Source: Candidatus Parvarchaeum acidophilus ARMAN-5
GTDB lineage: Archaea; Nanobdellota; Nanobdellia; Parvarchaeales; Parvarchaeaceae
DNA: 62,012 bases
Assembly (NCBI GenBank): GCA_002412085.1
Contig: GG745550.1
Coordinates: 1-62,012, forward strand
Direction of reading: 5' to 3'
The notes under the pieces were generated by a model. The model did no database searches, was not told the DNA's origin, and was given only the letters and a program-made list of their open reading frames with translations. This document shows positions 27,264 through 36,041 of this stretch, in pieces. The translations under genes were made by a program, and so were the position numbers. How positions within the stretch are numbered: position 1 is the first letter of the stretch; each line of letters opens with the position of its first letter.

Positions 27264-27719
27264 TTAGTTTATAACGCTCCCAGCAGCAGCAATAACCGGT
27301 GAAAAGGAAATGTTTGTTGGCGTATAATAAATATAACCATTACCCGTAAATGAAGTTCCAAGTGATACAGCTGTAAGATTACAGTTCGTTGTTTCCAATG
27401 CAGGGAGATAAGTCTTAGAGCATTTAAAAGAGGTGTAATTCACTCCATTTATAATTATTGAAACTCCTTCTATTTTTATGTTTTCATTTAGTACATTCTG
27501 AAAATTAATGTAATACAGCGAGTCAGATGCTATATACCCCTGGTGCACTATAAAACCGGTAAATCCGGAATAGCTTGGCTTCGTTGTAGGGCTTATGAAA
27601 CCCGGATAAAACGTGAATATTATATAGAAAATAGAACCTATAATAATCATAGCTATACTGAATCCTATAATCAATTCAAGAGATTCTTGTCCTTTTTTAT
27701 TCATGTCTATTTTAATCAT
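27264..27719 (-). CDS. class III signal peptide (pilin-like) protein
   Basis: (MIKID)MNKKGQ/ESLELIIGFSIAMIIIGSIFYI. Met at 27704 is a possible true start. Confidence 0.6.
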   Translation of the reverse strand: MIKIDMNKKGQESLELIIGFSIAMIIIGSIFYIIFTFYPGFISPTTKPSYSGFTGFIVHQGYIASDSLYYINFQNVLNENIKIEGVSIIINGVNYTSFKCSKTYLPALETTNCNLTAVSLGTSFTGNGYIYYTPTNISFSPVIAAAGSVIN

Positions 27720-27778
27720 CTTTTATATAAAAATTAAAAATATGTAAAATATTAAAGTAAAAAATACGTAAAATAGAT

Positions 27779-28765
27779 ATGTACTCCTTAGAACACCTTG
27801 AATTAAACGATATATATAAAATGTTTGAAAATTTACAGTTCAAAAAAATAATATTGCAACCTCCAAACAAAAAACCTGGTTCTTTTAGAGGAGCAGGTGC
27901 ATTGCTTATAGATGGAAAGGATTACTGGCTTACTTCAAGAACTAGAACCGCCGAGAAAAGAGGTTATGAAGTGGAAATATATCATTCAAAAAACGGCTAT
28001 GATTTTAGTAGCATTAAAACCATAAGCAGGAGGGAAATGGAAGAATTTATCGGAAATAAAATATCCAGTATAGAGGCACAGCAAATTATAAGAGACCCTA
28101 AAACAGGTAAATTCTATATGTATGTTTCCATAGACTTAATAGATAATAAATATCCGCACATGTGGGTTGTCCTTCTTCTAATAGCAAACAAACCTTCTGG
28201 TAAATGGATAAACGGCGGTATCGTTATGTACCCTAAAGAACCTTTCAATACAGTTAAAGACTGTAATATTGGGATATTTAATGGCAGATATATCGCTCTC
28301 TGCAAGGCATACATAGATAAAGATAAAAAGCTTTTTACGACTTTATACACCAGTTCGGATGGAATAAAATGGAAATATTCTGGTATTCCGACATTTAATG
28401 GTAAAAAACAAAAGTCAATATTTGCACTTGATGGGAGTATATACAAATTTAACAATAAAATATTTGTAATAGGTACAAAAGAGGAGATTTTTACTAGAGG
28501 ATTAACTACAACTAACAGACTGTGCATCATGGAATTAGATTTATCCAAGAAAGATATTAAAACTGTAGTGTCGGAAAAGTGGAAGCATTTATCTAATTAC
28601 GAAAGAAAAAATTACCCGATACATACTTATTTCACGGCAGTGCCAGATTACGCCGCTGGAGAATGGAAGGTAATAGCGGAAATAACTGATCCAAGATACA
28701 CAAAGAAACTTGGAGTATTTGATGTAGTAGATAATGTAATTATGTATACCTCAACTCTTAACTAA
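27779..28765 (+). CDS. hypothetical protein, possibly beta-propeller glycosidase-like
   Basis: Repeated beta-strand-rich blocks (DGKDYWLTSRT, KFYMYVS, SSDGIKWKY, DGSIYKFNNKIFVIG) resemble 5-bladed propeller glycoside hydrolases. This is a weak call. Confidence 0.35.
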   Translation: MYSLEHLELNDIYKMFENLQFKKIILQPPNKKPGSFRGAGALLIDGKDYWLTSRTRTAEKRGYEVEIYHSKNGYDFSSIKTISRREMEEFIGNKISSIEAQQIIRDPKTGKFYMYVSIDLIDNKYPHMWVVLLLIANKPSGKWINGGIVMYPKEPFNTVKDCNIGIFNGRYIALCKAYIDKDKKLFTTLYTSSDGIKWKYSGIPTFNGKKQKSIFALDGSIYKFNNKIFVIGTKEEIFTRGLTTTNRLCIMELDLSKKDIKTVVSEKWKHLSNYERKNYPIHTYFTAVPDYAAGEWKVIAEITDPRYTKKLGVFDVVDNVIMYTSTLN

Positions 28766-28836
28766 ATTATAGGAAATCATTATTTTTATATCCTAAGTAT
28801 AAAAACAGTTAAATATATATATTTTTTATAGTAGAT

Positions 28837-29321
28837 ATGGCAAAAGGACAGTCAGCATTAGAATATATGATGACTTATGGTTGGGCAATCTTAATCATAG
28901 TCATTGTAGCTGTAATCGCGTGTACGCTATGGGTATATTCAACCCTAGAGCAAGCGTAACTGCAAGCAGTAGTGGATTTAGTCCATTCGTAGTAAGTGCA
29001 GCTGTATGTGGTAGCAACGGTGTATTAAGTGTGGCCTTCAAAACGGGAGGACTACCAAATGGAGCAACTTCAGCAACCATAAAAAATATGACTATAAGTT
29101 CACCATCAGGGCTTGGGTCATCAGTGCAAAAAACAGCTGGTAACATAAACGACAATGTAACGGTTGCTTCAGGCAGTACATTTGTTGCAAATTTTTCCAG
29201 TGCAACATGTACTTCTGGGACATCGTTTAGTGCAAGTGGAGTCTTAAATTATAAGGTTTCAACTGCAGCAGGAAAAGCAACATATTCTGCAACAGGTACG
29301 ATAGCAGGAACAGCAAGTTAA
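28837..29321 (+). CDS. class III signal peptide (pilin-like) protein, interrupted by one apparent -1 frameshift near 28917-28924
   Basis: ATG 28837 encodes MAKGQ/SALEYMMTYGWAILIIVIVAVIA and then stops at 28957. The listed ORF (frame 3, from 28881) continues ...VYAMGIFNPRASVTASSSGF but has no signal peptide of its own. Confidence 0.6.
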
Positions 29322-29326
29322 ATGAT

Positions 29327-29356
29327 TTGTTTTTAATTTTTTCTTTTTATTTTTAA
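29327..29356 (+). terminator. oligo-T tract, candidate archaeal terminator
   Basis: Several T5-T6 runs (tttgtttttaattttttctttttattttt) lie directly after the stop at 29321. Confidence 0.3.
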
Positions 29357-29371
29357 ACAGAAAAACCAAGA

Positions 29372-29452
29372 CATAAGTAACTTTTATCAGTAACATGTAT
29401 CTCTCTAGCATCGTTTAGTGTAAGTTGAATATTAAATTATACTTTTTAATAT
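29372..29452 (+). pseudogene. decayed duplicate of the 3' part of the pilin-like gene
   Basis: taacatgtatctctctagcatcgtttagtgtaagttgaatattaaattata aligns at ~75% identity (hand alignment) with 29202-29262 inside the gene, and contains a stop. Confidence 0.4.
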
Positions 29453-29501
29453 TATGTTTTAGTCCTTTTAATAGCGGCATGAGCATTAACTAATAATATT
29501 T

Positions 29502-29573
29502 AGCCTCGGGTGGGTTTCGAACCCACAACCTCCTGCTTACGAAGCAGGCGCTCTGCCATTGAGCTACCGCGGC
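29502..29573 (-). tRNA. tRNA-Thr(CGU), 72 nt
   Basis: Cloverleaf GCCGCGG-TA-GCTC..GAGC-G-CCTGC-TTCGTAA-GCAGG-AGGTT-GTGGG-TTCGAAA-CCCAC-CCGAGGC-T. There is one G4:A69 mismatch in the acceptor stem. Confidence 0.85.
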
Positions 29574-29744
29574 TTATTTAAAACCTACTTCTTTGTTTAT
29601 GTCCTTCTTATATCTATTTTCGCTTACCAAATGTTTCACTACACCGAATGTGTGGCCGCAGAAGAAGCATTTAACTGTCTTTAATGAAGAGGTTTTCTGA
29701 TATTTCCCACATTTTGGGCATTTTACTATACGATAAACGACCAT
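29574..29744 (-). CDS. 56-aa zinc-ribbon protein
   Basis: MVVYRIVKCPKCGKYQKTSSLKTVKCFFCGHTF... (CPxCG...CxxCG). Below the ORF-track cutoff. It fills the gap between the MinD-like gene and the tRNA exactly. Confidence 0.5.
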   Translation of the reverse strand: MVVYRIVKCPKCGKYQKTSSLKTVKCFFCGHTFGVVKHLVSENRYKKDINKEVGFK

Positions 29745-29747
29745 AAC

Positions 29748-30467
29748 TTACATTTTTATTACATCTTTTGCGATGTTAATTATGTCTAAAGAAGCGGGAC
29801 TTCTGGATGCACATGTAACTATAGGGATACCTTGTTTTAATGCCAAGTATACTCTTTGATCTTCTCTTATTCTCCAGATATTTTGTATACCAGTCATATC
29901 CTCCGCTTCTTTTTTCGTTACTTGTTCTCTTATTCTTGTGTTTACTTTATTAAGTATTAATCCGATTATATCAATTTTAGAGTAATCTAGTTTTTCCTTT
30001 ATCTTTTTTGCTTCAATTATTGAAGTTATTTCTGGATTAGAAACTATTATGCTTTCTGCGTTTTTTAGGTTTTCAATGAAGTCTATATTATAAGATGGTT
30101 TGGAGTCGATTATTATAAAGTCGTATATACCCTCAAGTAATTTGAGGTATTTTTCCATATTTACCAGTTTCTTTTTAGCCAACTCATCCGTATCATTATC
30201 TACTCTAGAAGGCAGAATATGAAAATTAGGGTCGTCTCCTGTGTATATTACATCTTTTATTGTCGCATTTCCATTGAGTAAATCTTCGAACGAATATTTA
30301 AATCCGACAAAGCCATAGTATACTGCTACATGTGGAGTGTCTATATTTGCGTCTATAAGTAAAGTCTTTTTTTTAAGTGAGGATATTGCAGTTGCAAGAT
30401 TAACTGCCACAGTAGTTTTACCTACACCTCCTTTAGGACTCATTACAACTATAACTTTTGTTTGCAT
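29748..30467 (-). CDS. MinD/ParA-family P-loop ATPase
   Basis: Deviant Walker A SPKGGVGKTTVAVNLA, with later DSKP and LNKV motifs. Confidence 0.8.
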   Translation of the reverse strand: MQTKVIVVMSPKGGVGKTTVAVNLATAISSLKKKTLLIDANIDTPHVAVYYGFVGFKYSFEDLLNGNATIKDVIYTGDDPNFHILPSRVDNDTDELAKKKLVNMEKYLKLLEGIYDFIIIDSKPSYNIDFIENLKNAESIIVSNPEITSIIEAKKIKEKLDYSKIDIIGLILNKVNTRIREQVTKKEAEDMTGIQNIWRIREDQRVYLALKQGIPIVTCASRSPASLDIINIAKDVIKM

Positions 30468-30519
30468 ATTATATAATAAAAGAATGTTCTAATTAATATT
30501 TATAGTAGTTGATTTTATT

Positions 30520-31044
30520 ATGGAAGAATCTAAAAAATGTGCTGTTTGTGGAAAGAGTGCCGCTTTTTACTCAACGTATCTAAAGCAGAATCTTTGTAAA
30601 AAGCATTTTGAGCGTATGCTGATAAGAAGAGTTAGGAGTAACATGGCATCAAACAATATTAGAGGATATTCTTTTCGCATTGGAAATGAGAATAAATGTG
30701 GAGAAGCATTTCTCGAGTTTCTTTTTAAAGAATATACTAAAGGAAAGACTTTAACATTAAAATCCAATACATTAGAGGACTTTTCAATAGTAGTTATGCG
30801 TTTTTTTATGTTTCAGGATGAACCTAAGTTGAAAATATCAGAAAAGGAAAGTTTTAATCCTCTGTTCAATGTTTCAGAACAGGAAATAGTCTCCTTCTTT
30901 TCGCTTAAAAATAAGAAAGTAACTTTAAAGAAAAGAAGCGAAAAGGAAAAAGCAGTGCTTGATTTTTTGTCAAAATTGGAAGAAAGAAGACCTGGAGGAA
31001 TGATATCTATAGTAAAAGCAGGCGTCGCACTGGAAATCATTTAA
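30520..31044 (+). CDS. TtuA/NcsA-like protein lacking the PP-loop (degenerate, 174 aa)
   Basis: The N-terminal Zn finger CAVCGK...CKKHF and C-terminal blocks (PLFNVSEQEIVSFF, LEERRPG) resemble tRNA 2-thiolation PP-loop ATPases. No SGGxDS motif is present. Confidence 0.4.
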   Translation: MEESKKCAVCGKSAAFYSTYLKQNLCKKHFERMLIRRVRSNMASNNIRGYSFRIGNENKCGEAFLEFLFKEYTKGKTLTLKSNTLEDFSIVVMRFFMFQDEPKLKISEKESFNPLFNVSEQEIVSFFSLKNKKVTLKKRSEKEKAVLDFLSKLEERRPGGMISIVKAGVALEII

Positions 31045-31294
31045 GTTTGTAATAGTTTTTAATGGCGGTGCTACCCCAGCTGAATCTTCCTATTTCATTC
31101 TTTTTTTCCATGCTAACTTTATCTTCTTTTAGAGCTACATGAAGGTAATGGTAAACAAGTCTGCTGGATATGTTTCTGCCGTTTTTCTTCAAGTCTTTAT
31201 ATACTTCATATCCAGTCTTTTCACCTTGTAACAGTATTTTCATAATGTCATCCATAAGATTCTCGTTTATTTTTCTTACCATACTTAAGTGCAC
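31037..31294 (-). CDS. small winged-helix (PadR-like) DNA-binding protein
   Basis: ILLQGEKTGYEVYKDLKKNGRNISSRLVYHYLHVALKEDKV has a wHTH pattern. Confidence 0.45.
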   Translation of the reverse strand: MHLSMVRKINENLMDDIMKILLQGEKTGYEVYKDLKKNGRNISSRLVYHYLHVALKEDKVSMEKKNEIGRFSWGSTAIKNYYKLK

Positions 31295-31791
31295 TGCGGA
31301 TCCGAATCATTTGTAGACAGACATATATAATTTAATATGTCATTATAAGCAGTCTGGTTATTCCTAAATCCACCTATCTTGTAGTATTCTCCGTTGAATA
31401 TTATAAGCGGTATCTTATTCTCTCCTATAGAATTATAAAGTGATACAGCAGAATCTGGTATGTTGCTGGATACGTTATTATTGTAATTTGATATATTGAA
31501 TGCCCATGCACAGAAATAACCACTGTAAAATGTATTATTTCCCCATACCCCGAAAAGCGAAGTCACGTTCTTGAATGAATCAAGAGTGGAAGTACATGTG
31601 GTGCAGCTGTCAGCATAATATATAACTAAAGTTGGTTTTCCAGGAGAACACAGACCAGACATATTAAGGTCAGTACTGTGGAATGCATATAATTGTTGCA
31701 GTTTGTAATTCTGGTAATATAAAAATGCGCCAGTTATAAATACCACTATAACTAAAGCCAAATATACATAGTATATTTTTTTAATTTGCAT
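31285..31791 (-). CDS. membrane-anchored thioredoxin/glutaredoxin-fold protein (CxxC)
   Basis: N-terminal TM helix. PTLVIYYADSCTTCTS (CxxC after a beta-strand) and IPLIIFNGEYYKIGGF (cis-Pro-type block) are typical of the thioredoxin fold. Confidence 0.6.
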   Translation of the reverse strand: MQIKKIYYVYLALVIVVFITGAFLYYQNYKLQQLYAFHSTDLNMSGLCSPGKPTLVIYYADSCTTCTSTLDSFKNVTSLFGVWGNNTFYSGYFCAWAFNISNYNNNVSSNIPDSAVSLYNSIGENKIPLIIFNGEYYKIGGFRNNQTAYNDILNYICLSTNDSDPQCT

Positions 31792-32683
31792 AAAAAGACA
31801 TGTTTAGACTCTTCATTTCAGAAGTATTGCAGTTGTTTGATTTGGTTATTATGCATATGTTTGTATAATTTCCAAGGCTTTTGTAAAGTCCTGTGTATAT
31901 ACTTGATGAAAAATACTTAGGATCCGTAACTATATTGAATATTTTAGAAGTGTTACATGAAGTGGCATTTATAAGTTTATATACAGGAAACTGAAAAGGT
32001 CCGTAAATACCAGTCTCATTATAATAGTTAAACATTTTTCCTGTACTATAAAATAATATGTTTACTGGGAATTCTTTCATTTTTACAATAGCATTTATTT
32101 TACTGGAAATATTTTTACTGGATTTAAATAGAGCTATATCATATCTTAAAGGCTCCACAATGCTCAGGTTTCCGAACCCAGAAGCATTTACCTCACTATA
32201 ATAATTTGTTATCTCCTTGTAAGTAGAATTAAATATACTATTTATCAAGGTAGAGTTCATACTGTTGTTTATAAATGAAATTATACCTTTATATGCAGCT
32301 GTACAGTTTGTAGTGTTTTCTACGCTGCACATAGAATCAAGCGCCATGTCGGTTATTATGTTCTGGTATTCACTTTTTTCGGAATTAGGTAACAAATTAG
32401 AGAGTGAAAATGAGGGGTAAAGTTCATAGTTACAGCCGAAAATTATTGTATTATTTGAAAGTCCACCATAGAAATAATAGAGATCTTTATCAGATAAATT
32501 GTTTAGGTTAATGTTATTACTGGAAAGAAAAGCTGATAATTTAACTGCGTTTGTATTATTTGTATTAGATAGCAAATTTGTTTGACCAAATGGATAAACA
32601 TATAATATTGCTGCAAATGCAGCCATAAAAATAACTATCACTATTAAAATTTTAAGTACTGCCAGATTACTTTCCATAATCAA
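31781..32683 (-). CDS. N-terminally anchored, sequon-rich extracellular protein
   Basis: N-terminal TM helix, then an Asn-rich domain with roughly 18 N-x-S/T sequons by hand count. Confidence 0.5.
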   Translation of the reverse strand: MIMESNLAVLKILIVIVIFMAAFAAILYVYPFGQTNLLSNTNNTNAVKLSAFLSSNNINLNNLSDKDLYYFYGGLSNNTIIFGCNYELYPSFSLSNLLPNSEKSEYQNIITDMALDSMCSVENTTNCTAAYKGIISFINNSMNSTLINSIFNSTYKEITNYYSEVNASGFGNLSIVEPLRYDIALFKSSKNISSKINAIVKMKEFPVNILFYSTGKMFNYYNETGIYGPFQFPVYKLINATSCNTSKIFNIVTDPKYFSSSIYTGLYKSLGNYTNICIITKSNNCNTSEMKSLNMSFYAN

Positions 32684-33464
32684 TTTCTTCCCTTAGTTTC
32701 TTTGCAGTCTCTTCAGGGGAATAATTTATTCTTTTTATGCCTAAAGCTTCAACAGGATCAACATTTCCGGCTAATAAAGAAACTTCGAAATGTTCGTTTC
32801 CTGACTGTATTATACTTATAGTAAGTTCTCTTTTAATGTTCTTTATTATTTTCATTAAAAGATTGGAAAGGTCAAAAGCCACGACATTATCTAATTTATC
32901 TAATGAAGTATGTTTCAGAGGAGCTATCTTTAATATCTCATTAGTATTTGGAGAAAATGGAATATACCCACTTATATTGCTTGTTCTGAATACTTCTCTG
33001 TTGCCTATATTTTTTATGCTCTCACAAACATAACACTTCTCTGTTATATGCCTTGGTATAGGAAGTACGACAAAATCCCAGTAATCATGTCCGTCTACAT
33101 ACCGAGTTATAGAGAAATTATCTCCTATTTTATATTTCTTTATCTCTTCTAGACGGTTGCTTATTATCAGTAAGAGATTTTCAATATCTTCCGCACTATA
33201 ATTTCTTAAATTAGGAGAGTGTTTGTTATTTTCCACTATTATTTCTTCGTACCCATGTGAGTTAGACTTTTTGAAGAACTGTCCGGTAAGCTCATATTTT
33301 GATGGTTGCACTCTATCCTTTATTTCGTATACTTTTACATACCCATTTTTAAATTCTATCGATTTTATCTCATCTTTGTTGTAGATACATTCTTTGCAGC
33401 CGCCTTTCTCATCACTTAAAAGCGAGAAGCTAAAATCCAATGGATTTAACCTGTATTCTTCCAT
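32667..33464 (-). CDS. GalT/HIT-fold-like protein with degenerate active site
   Basis: CxxC (GGCKECIY) and a second-half CYVCES mirror GalT half-domains. The position of H-x-H-x-Q reads GHDYWD. Confidence 0.4.
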   Translation of the reverse strand: MEEYRLNPLDFSFSLLSDEKGGCKECIYNKDEIKSIEFKNGYVKVYEIKDRVQPSKYELTGQFFKKSNSHGYEEIIVENNKHSPNLRNYSAEDIENLLLIISNRLEEIKKYKIGDNFSITRYVDGHDYWDFVVLPIPRHITEKCYVCESIKNIGNREVFRTSNISGYIPFSPNTNEILKIAPLKHTSLDKLDNVVAFDLSNLLMKIIKNIKRELTISIIQSGNEHFEVSLLAGNVDPVEALGIKRINYSPEETAKKLREEIDYGK

Positions 33465-35042
33465 TTAACCCTCCAGCCTTGCTATTATTCTTGCGTATGC
33501 AGGTCTAGTGACTAAAAGTCCTACCAAAGAAGCAAGTATAGTTGTAAGAGCGAATCCTGCAAACAATGATGCCGTGGAGAAAAGTAACGGAAACATTATT
33601 GCTGCAAATGAAAAGAAGGATACAAATATAATAAAGAAGGCTCTGCTTATTCTCTTCTTTGTAACTGTGTATTCTGCCTGTGCCGCACCTCTGCGCATTT
33701 CATCGGTTATTATTATCTGGTCATCTACCGATATACCTATACTGGCTATTATACCGGCCATACTCGGTATATCAAGCGTCCAGTGTATTGCTGCGGCTAT
33801 ACCTATAACTATGAATATTTCAGTCAAACTTGTAATAAGTATCATCGAAGAGATTTTATAGTCTCTGTATCTCATAAATATGACTATACTTATAAGTATG
33901 AAAGCTATCACAAGTAGAAGATAAATTTGGCTTATAAACTGCCCACCCGCCGTGGAAGAAACAGAGTTTATTGACACTATCTTCAAAGGCACGGGTAGAC
34001 TGTCGGACTGCATTATTGCCATAAGTGTTTTCATATCTAATGTAGCCTGCTGTTGATCAGATCCAGATCCCTCTATAGTTATAGCGCCGTTGAAGTTGGT
34101 AAGTATGTTTGTAGAAATAAGAAGTGGCTGGCCTTGCTCTACCCCATTTAAGTATAAATATATCTTCTTGTTAAAATATCCAGGGTTTGTAGTAGAAGGA
34201 CTAAGGCTTTTTACAGCATTTTCGAAGTTTTTCGCTGCTCCACTAGCCATTTGTATACCAAATTGGAATTGGTATCCATTCGAAGCACTTGGTGTTTGAT
34301 AGACTCCGAATGGACAACCGGATGATAAACAAACATCCAGTATGCTCTCACTCGAATTGCTGCTATTGAAAACTGTGAAGTTCCCTATTGTCGCATAGAA
34401 TTTACCTTGGTTTTGTATCAGTGACAGTGCCTGGCTTTGTCCCACACTTGGCATGCTTACCATTATAAAGGATTTACCAGAAAGTGCCTGTACGGTACTG
34501 ACAGTGGTACCACTTATACCATAAACGTCAAGTCTTTTTGATAATGTTGTTTCCAGAGTGGTTACTAGAGTTGAGTTATAGTTAGTGGCATTAGGTACAA
34601 TTTCAATCTGCGTTCCCCCGATTATATCTAAACCATAATTTAGATTGGTATATGGCACATTCTGGGTTTCTATAGTTGAAGAATTAAATACAGCATTAGG
34701 CTCAACAAAAATCTTGGATGTATTGCTTGTGTAAATGTATGGGAATACTTTATCTTTATAGGTTAAACTAAGTGTTCCATTTGTAACAACACTTTTGTTT
34801 AGCTGTGCGTAAAATTGTTGAATATTATGCACCGGTATACCATTTACTGCCGTTATTATAGAACCAGTACTTAATCCTATTACTCCTCTGGCACTCAGGT
34901 TTCCAATGTACGAATTTGCAGGCATGTATATCACCTGTGCACCATTTACACCGGTTATATTGGGCTGTATGGCAAGAAAAGCCACTACAACTAATATTAT
35001 CATTAAAATTATTCTCCAATCGTACAATATTGATTTTGCCAT
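33465..35042 (-). CDS. secD: protein-export membrane protein SecD
   Basis: Large extracytoplasmic domain with GLDIIGGTQIEI, followed by 5-6 C-terminal TM helices. Start set at MAKSILYDW (35042), 1 nt after the secF stop. Confidence 0.8.
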   Translation of the reverse strand: MAKSILYDWRIILMIILVVVAFLAIQPNITGVNGAQVIYMPANSYIGNLSARGVIGLSTGSIITAVNGIPVHNIQQFYAQLNKSVVTNGTLSLTYKDKVFPYIYTSNTSKIFVEPNAVFNSSTIETQNVPYTNLNYGLDIIGGTQIEIVPNATNYNSTLVTTLETTLSKRLDVYGISGTTVSTVQALSGKSFIMVSMPSVGQSQALSLIQNQGKFYATIGNFTVFNSSNSSESILDVCLSSGCPFGVYQTPSASNGYQFQFGIQMASGAAKNFENAVKSLSPSTTNPGYFNKKIYLYLNGVEQGQPLLISTNILTNFNGAITIEGSGSDQQQATLDMKTLMAIMQSDSLPVPLKIVSINSVSSTAGGQFISQIYLLLVIAFILISIVIFMRYRDYKISSMILITSLTEIFIVIGIAAAIHWTLDIPSMAGIIASIGISVDDQIIITDEMRRGAAQAEYTVTKKRISRAFFIIFVSFFSFAAIMFPLLFSTASLFAGFALTTILASLVGLLVTRPAYARIIARLEG

Positions 35043-35043
35043 A

Positions 35044-35988
35044 TCAAATCTTTGCTTTCTGAACCTCCGCTTCTTTGTAATGTAAACCAAAAAGCTGTGT
35101 GGATCCATTTAGTATCCACACTGTAAAGTCATCAAATATAACTCCTATTATAAGTATTATAGCTATCTCATGCAGAGTAGAATTAGTTGTACCAACAAAA
35201 AGAACTATAAATGTAACCAATGCTGCCGCATCCATAGTAAGCGAAGTTTTTATTGTCTTTGTAAGACGGTAACGCATACTGGCTTCTTCTCTTTTAAGAA
35301 TATTCGTAGCCAATATTATGTTTCTGTCAGCTGAGTAGCCCATTATCATTAAGATACCCGCTATTGATGCTGTAGAGAAAGAGAATCCGATTATGTCTAG
35401 TACTCCGACTATGTTTATTATATCACTTATTATACTTACTATATTTGAAAAAGCCTGCCAAACACTTCTGAAATAAAACAATGATACTGCGGCTACCAGT
35501 ACAAATGCTATCCCTAATAATATTATTGAACTGTACAAAGAACTCTGTGCCAGTGTAGAGCTTACAAAGTTAATGCTTGAATCTTTGCTGTTTACAGGTA
35601 TTTTTAATATATTTGAAAGCGCAGTCTGTAACTGAGTCGAATTTACATCTTTACCAACGGTAACAGAATAACCAGTTATAGAATTGCTAAAAGGGGCTTT
35701 AACTACACTTACAGTTACAGCTTGTTTTAATTCTGACCCAAGAGAACTGGCTATAAAGGTTGCAGAGATACTATGGTTGGTATTTACTATTATATTAGTC
35801 CCTCCTGCAAGTGATATTCCTTCATTTACTGGTTCTCCATGAACGTGATAGTAATAACCTATCAATGACGCAAAGAATATAATAAATATTATTGGTATTA
35901 TTACCATCTTTCTGTAATTTCTTAGGTAATACTCAACCACATTATCTATTTCTTTGCTTATTCGTCTTCTTACACCCATAAAGAACAT
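35044..35988 (-). CDS. secF: protein-export membrane protein SecF
   Basis: GISLAGGTNIIV block, a C-terminal RND-like TM bundle, ~300 aa. Confidence 0.8.
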   Translation of the reverse strand: MFFMGVRRRISKEIDNVVEYYLRNYRKMVIIPIIFIIFFASLIGYYYHVHGEPVNEGISLAGGTNIIVNTNHSISATFIASSLGSELKQAVTVSVVKAPFSNSITGYSVTVGKDVNSTQLQTALSNILKIPVNSKDSSINFVSSTLAQSSLYSSIILLGIAFVLVAAVSLFYFRSVWQAFSNIVSIISDIINIVGVLDIIGFSFSTASIAGILMIMGYSADRNIILATNILKREEASMRYRLTKTIKTSLTMDAAALVTFIVLFVGTTNSTLHEIAIILIIGVIFDDFTVWILNGSTQLFGLHYKEAEVQKAKI

Positions 35989-36041
35989 TAAATTCAGTAT
36001 TTTATTAATTCTTAACGTATTTTGTCTTTTAAAGGCTTTTT

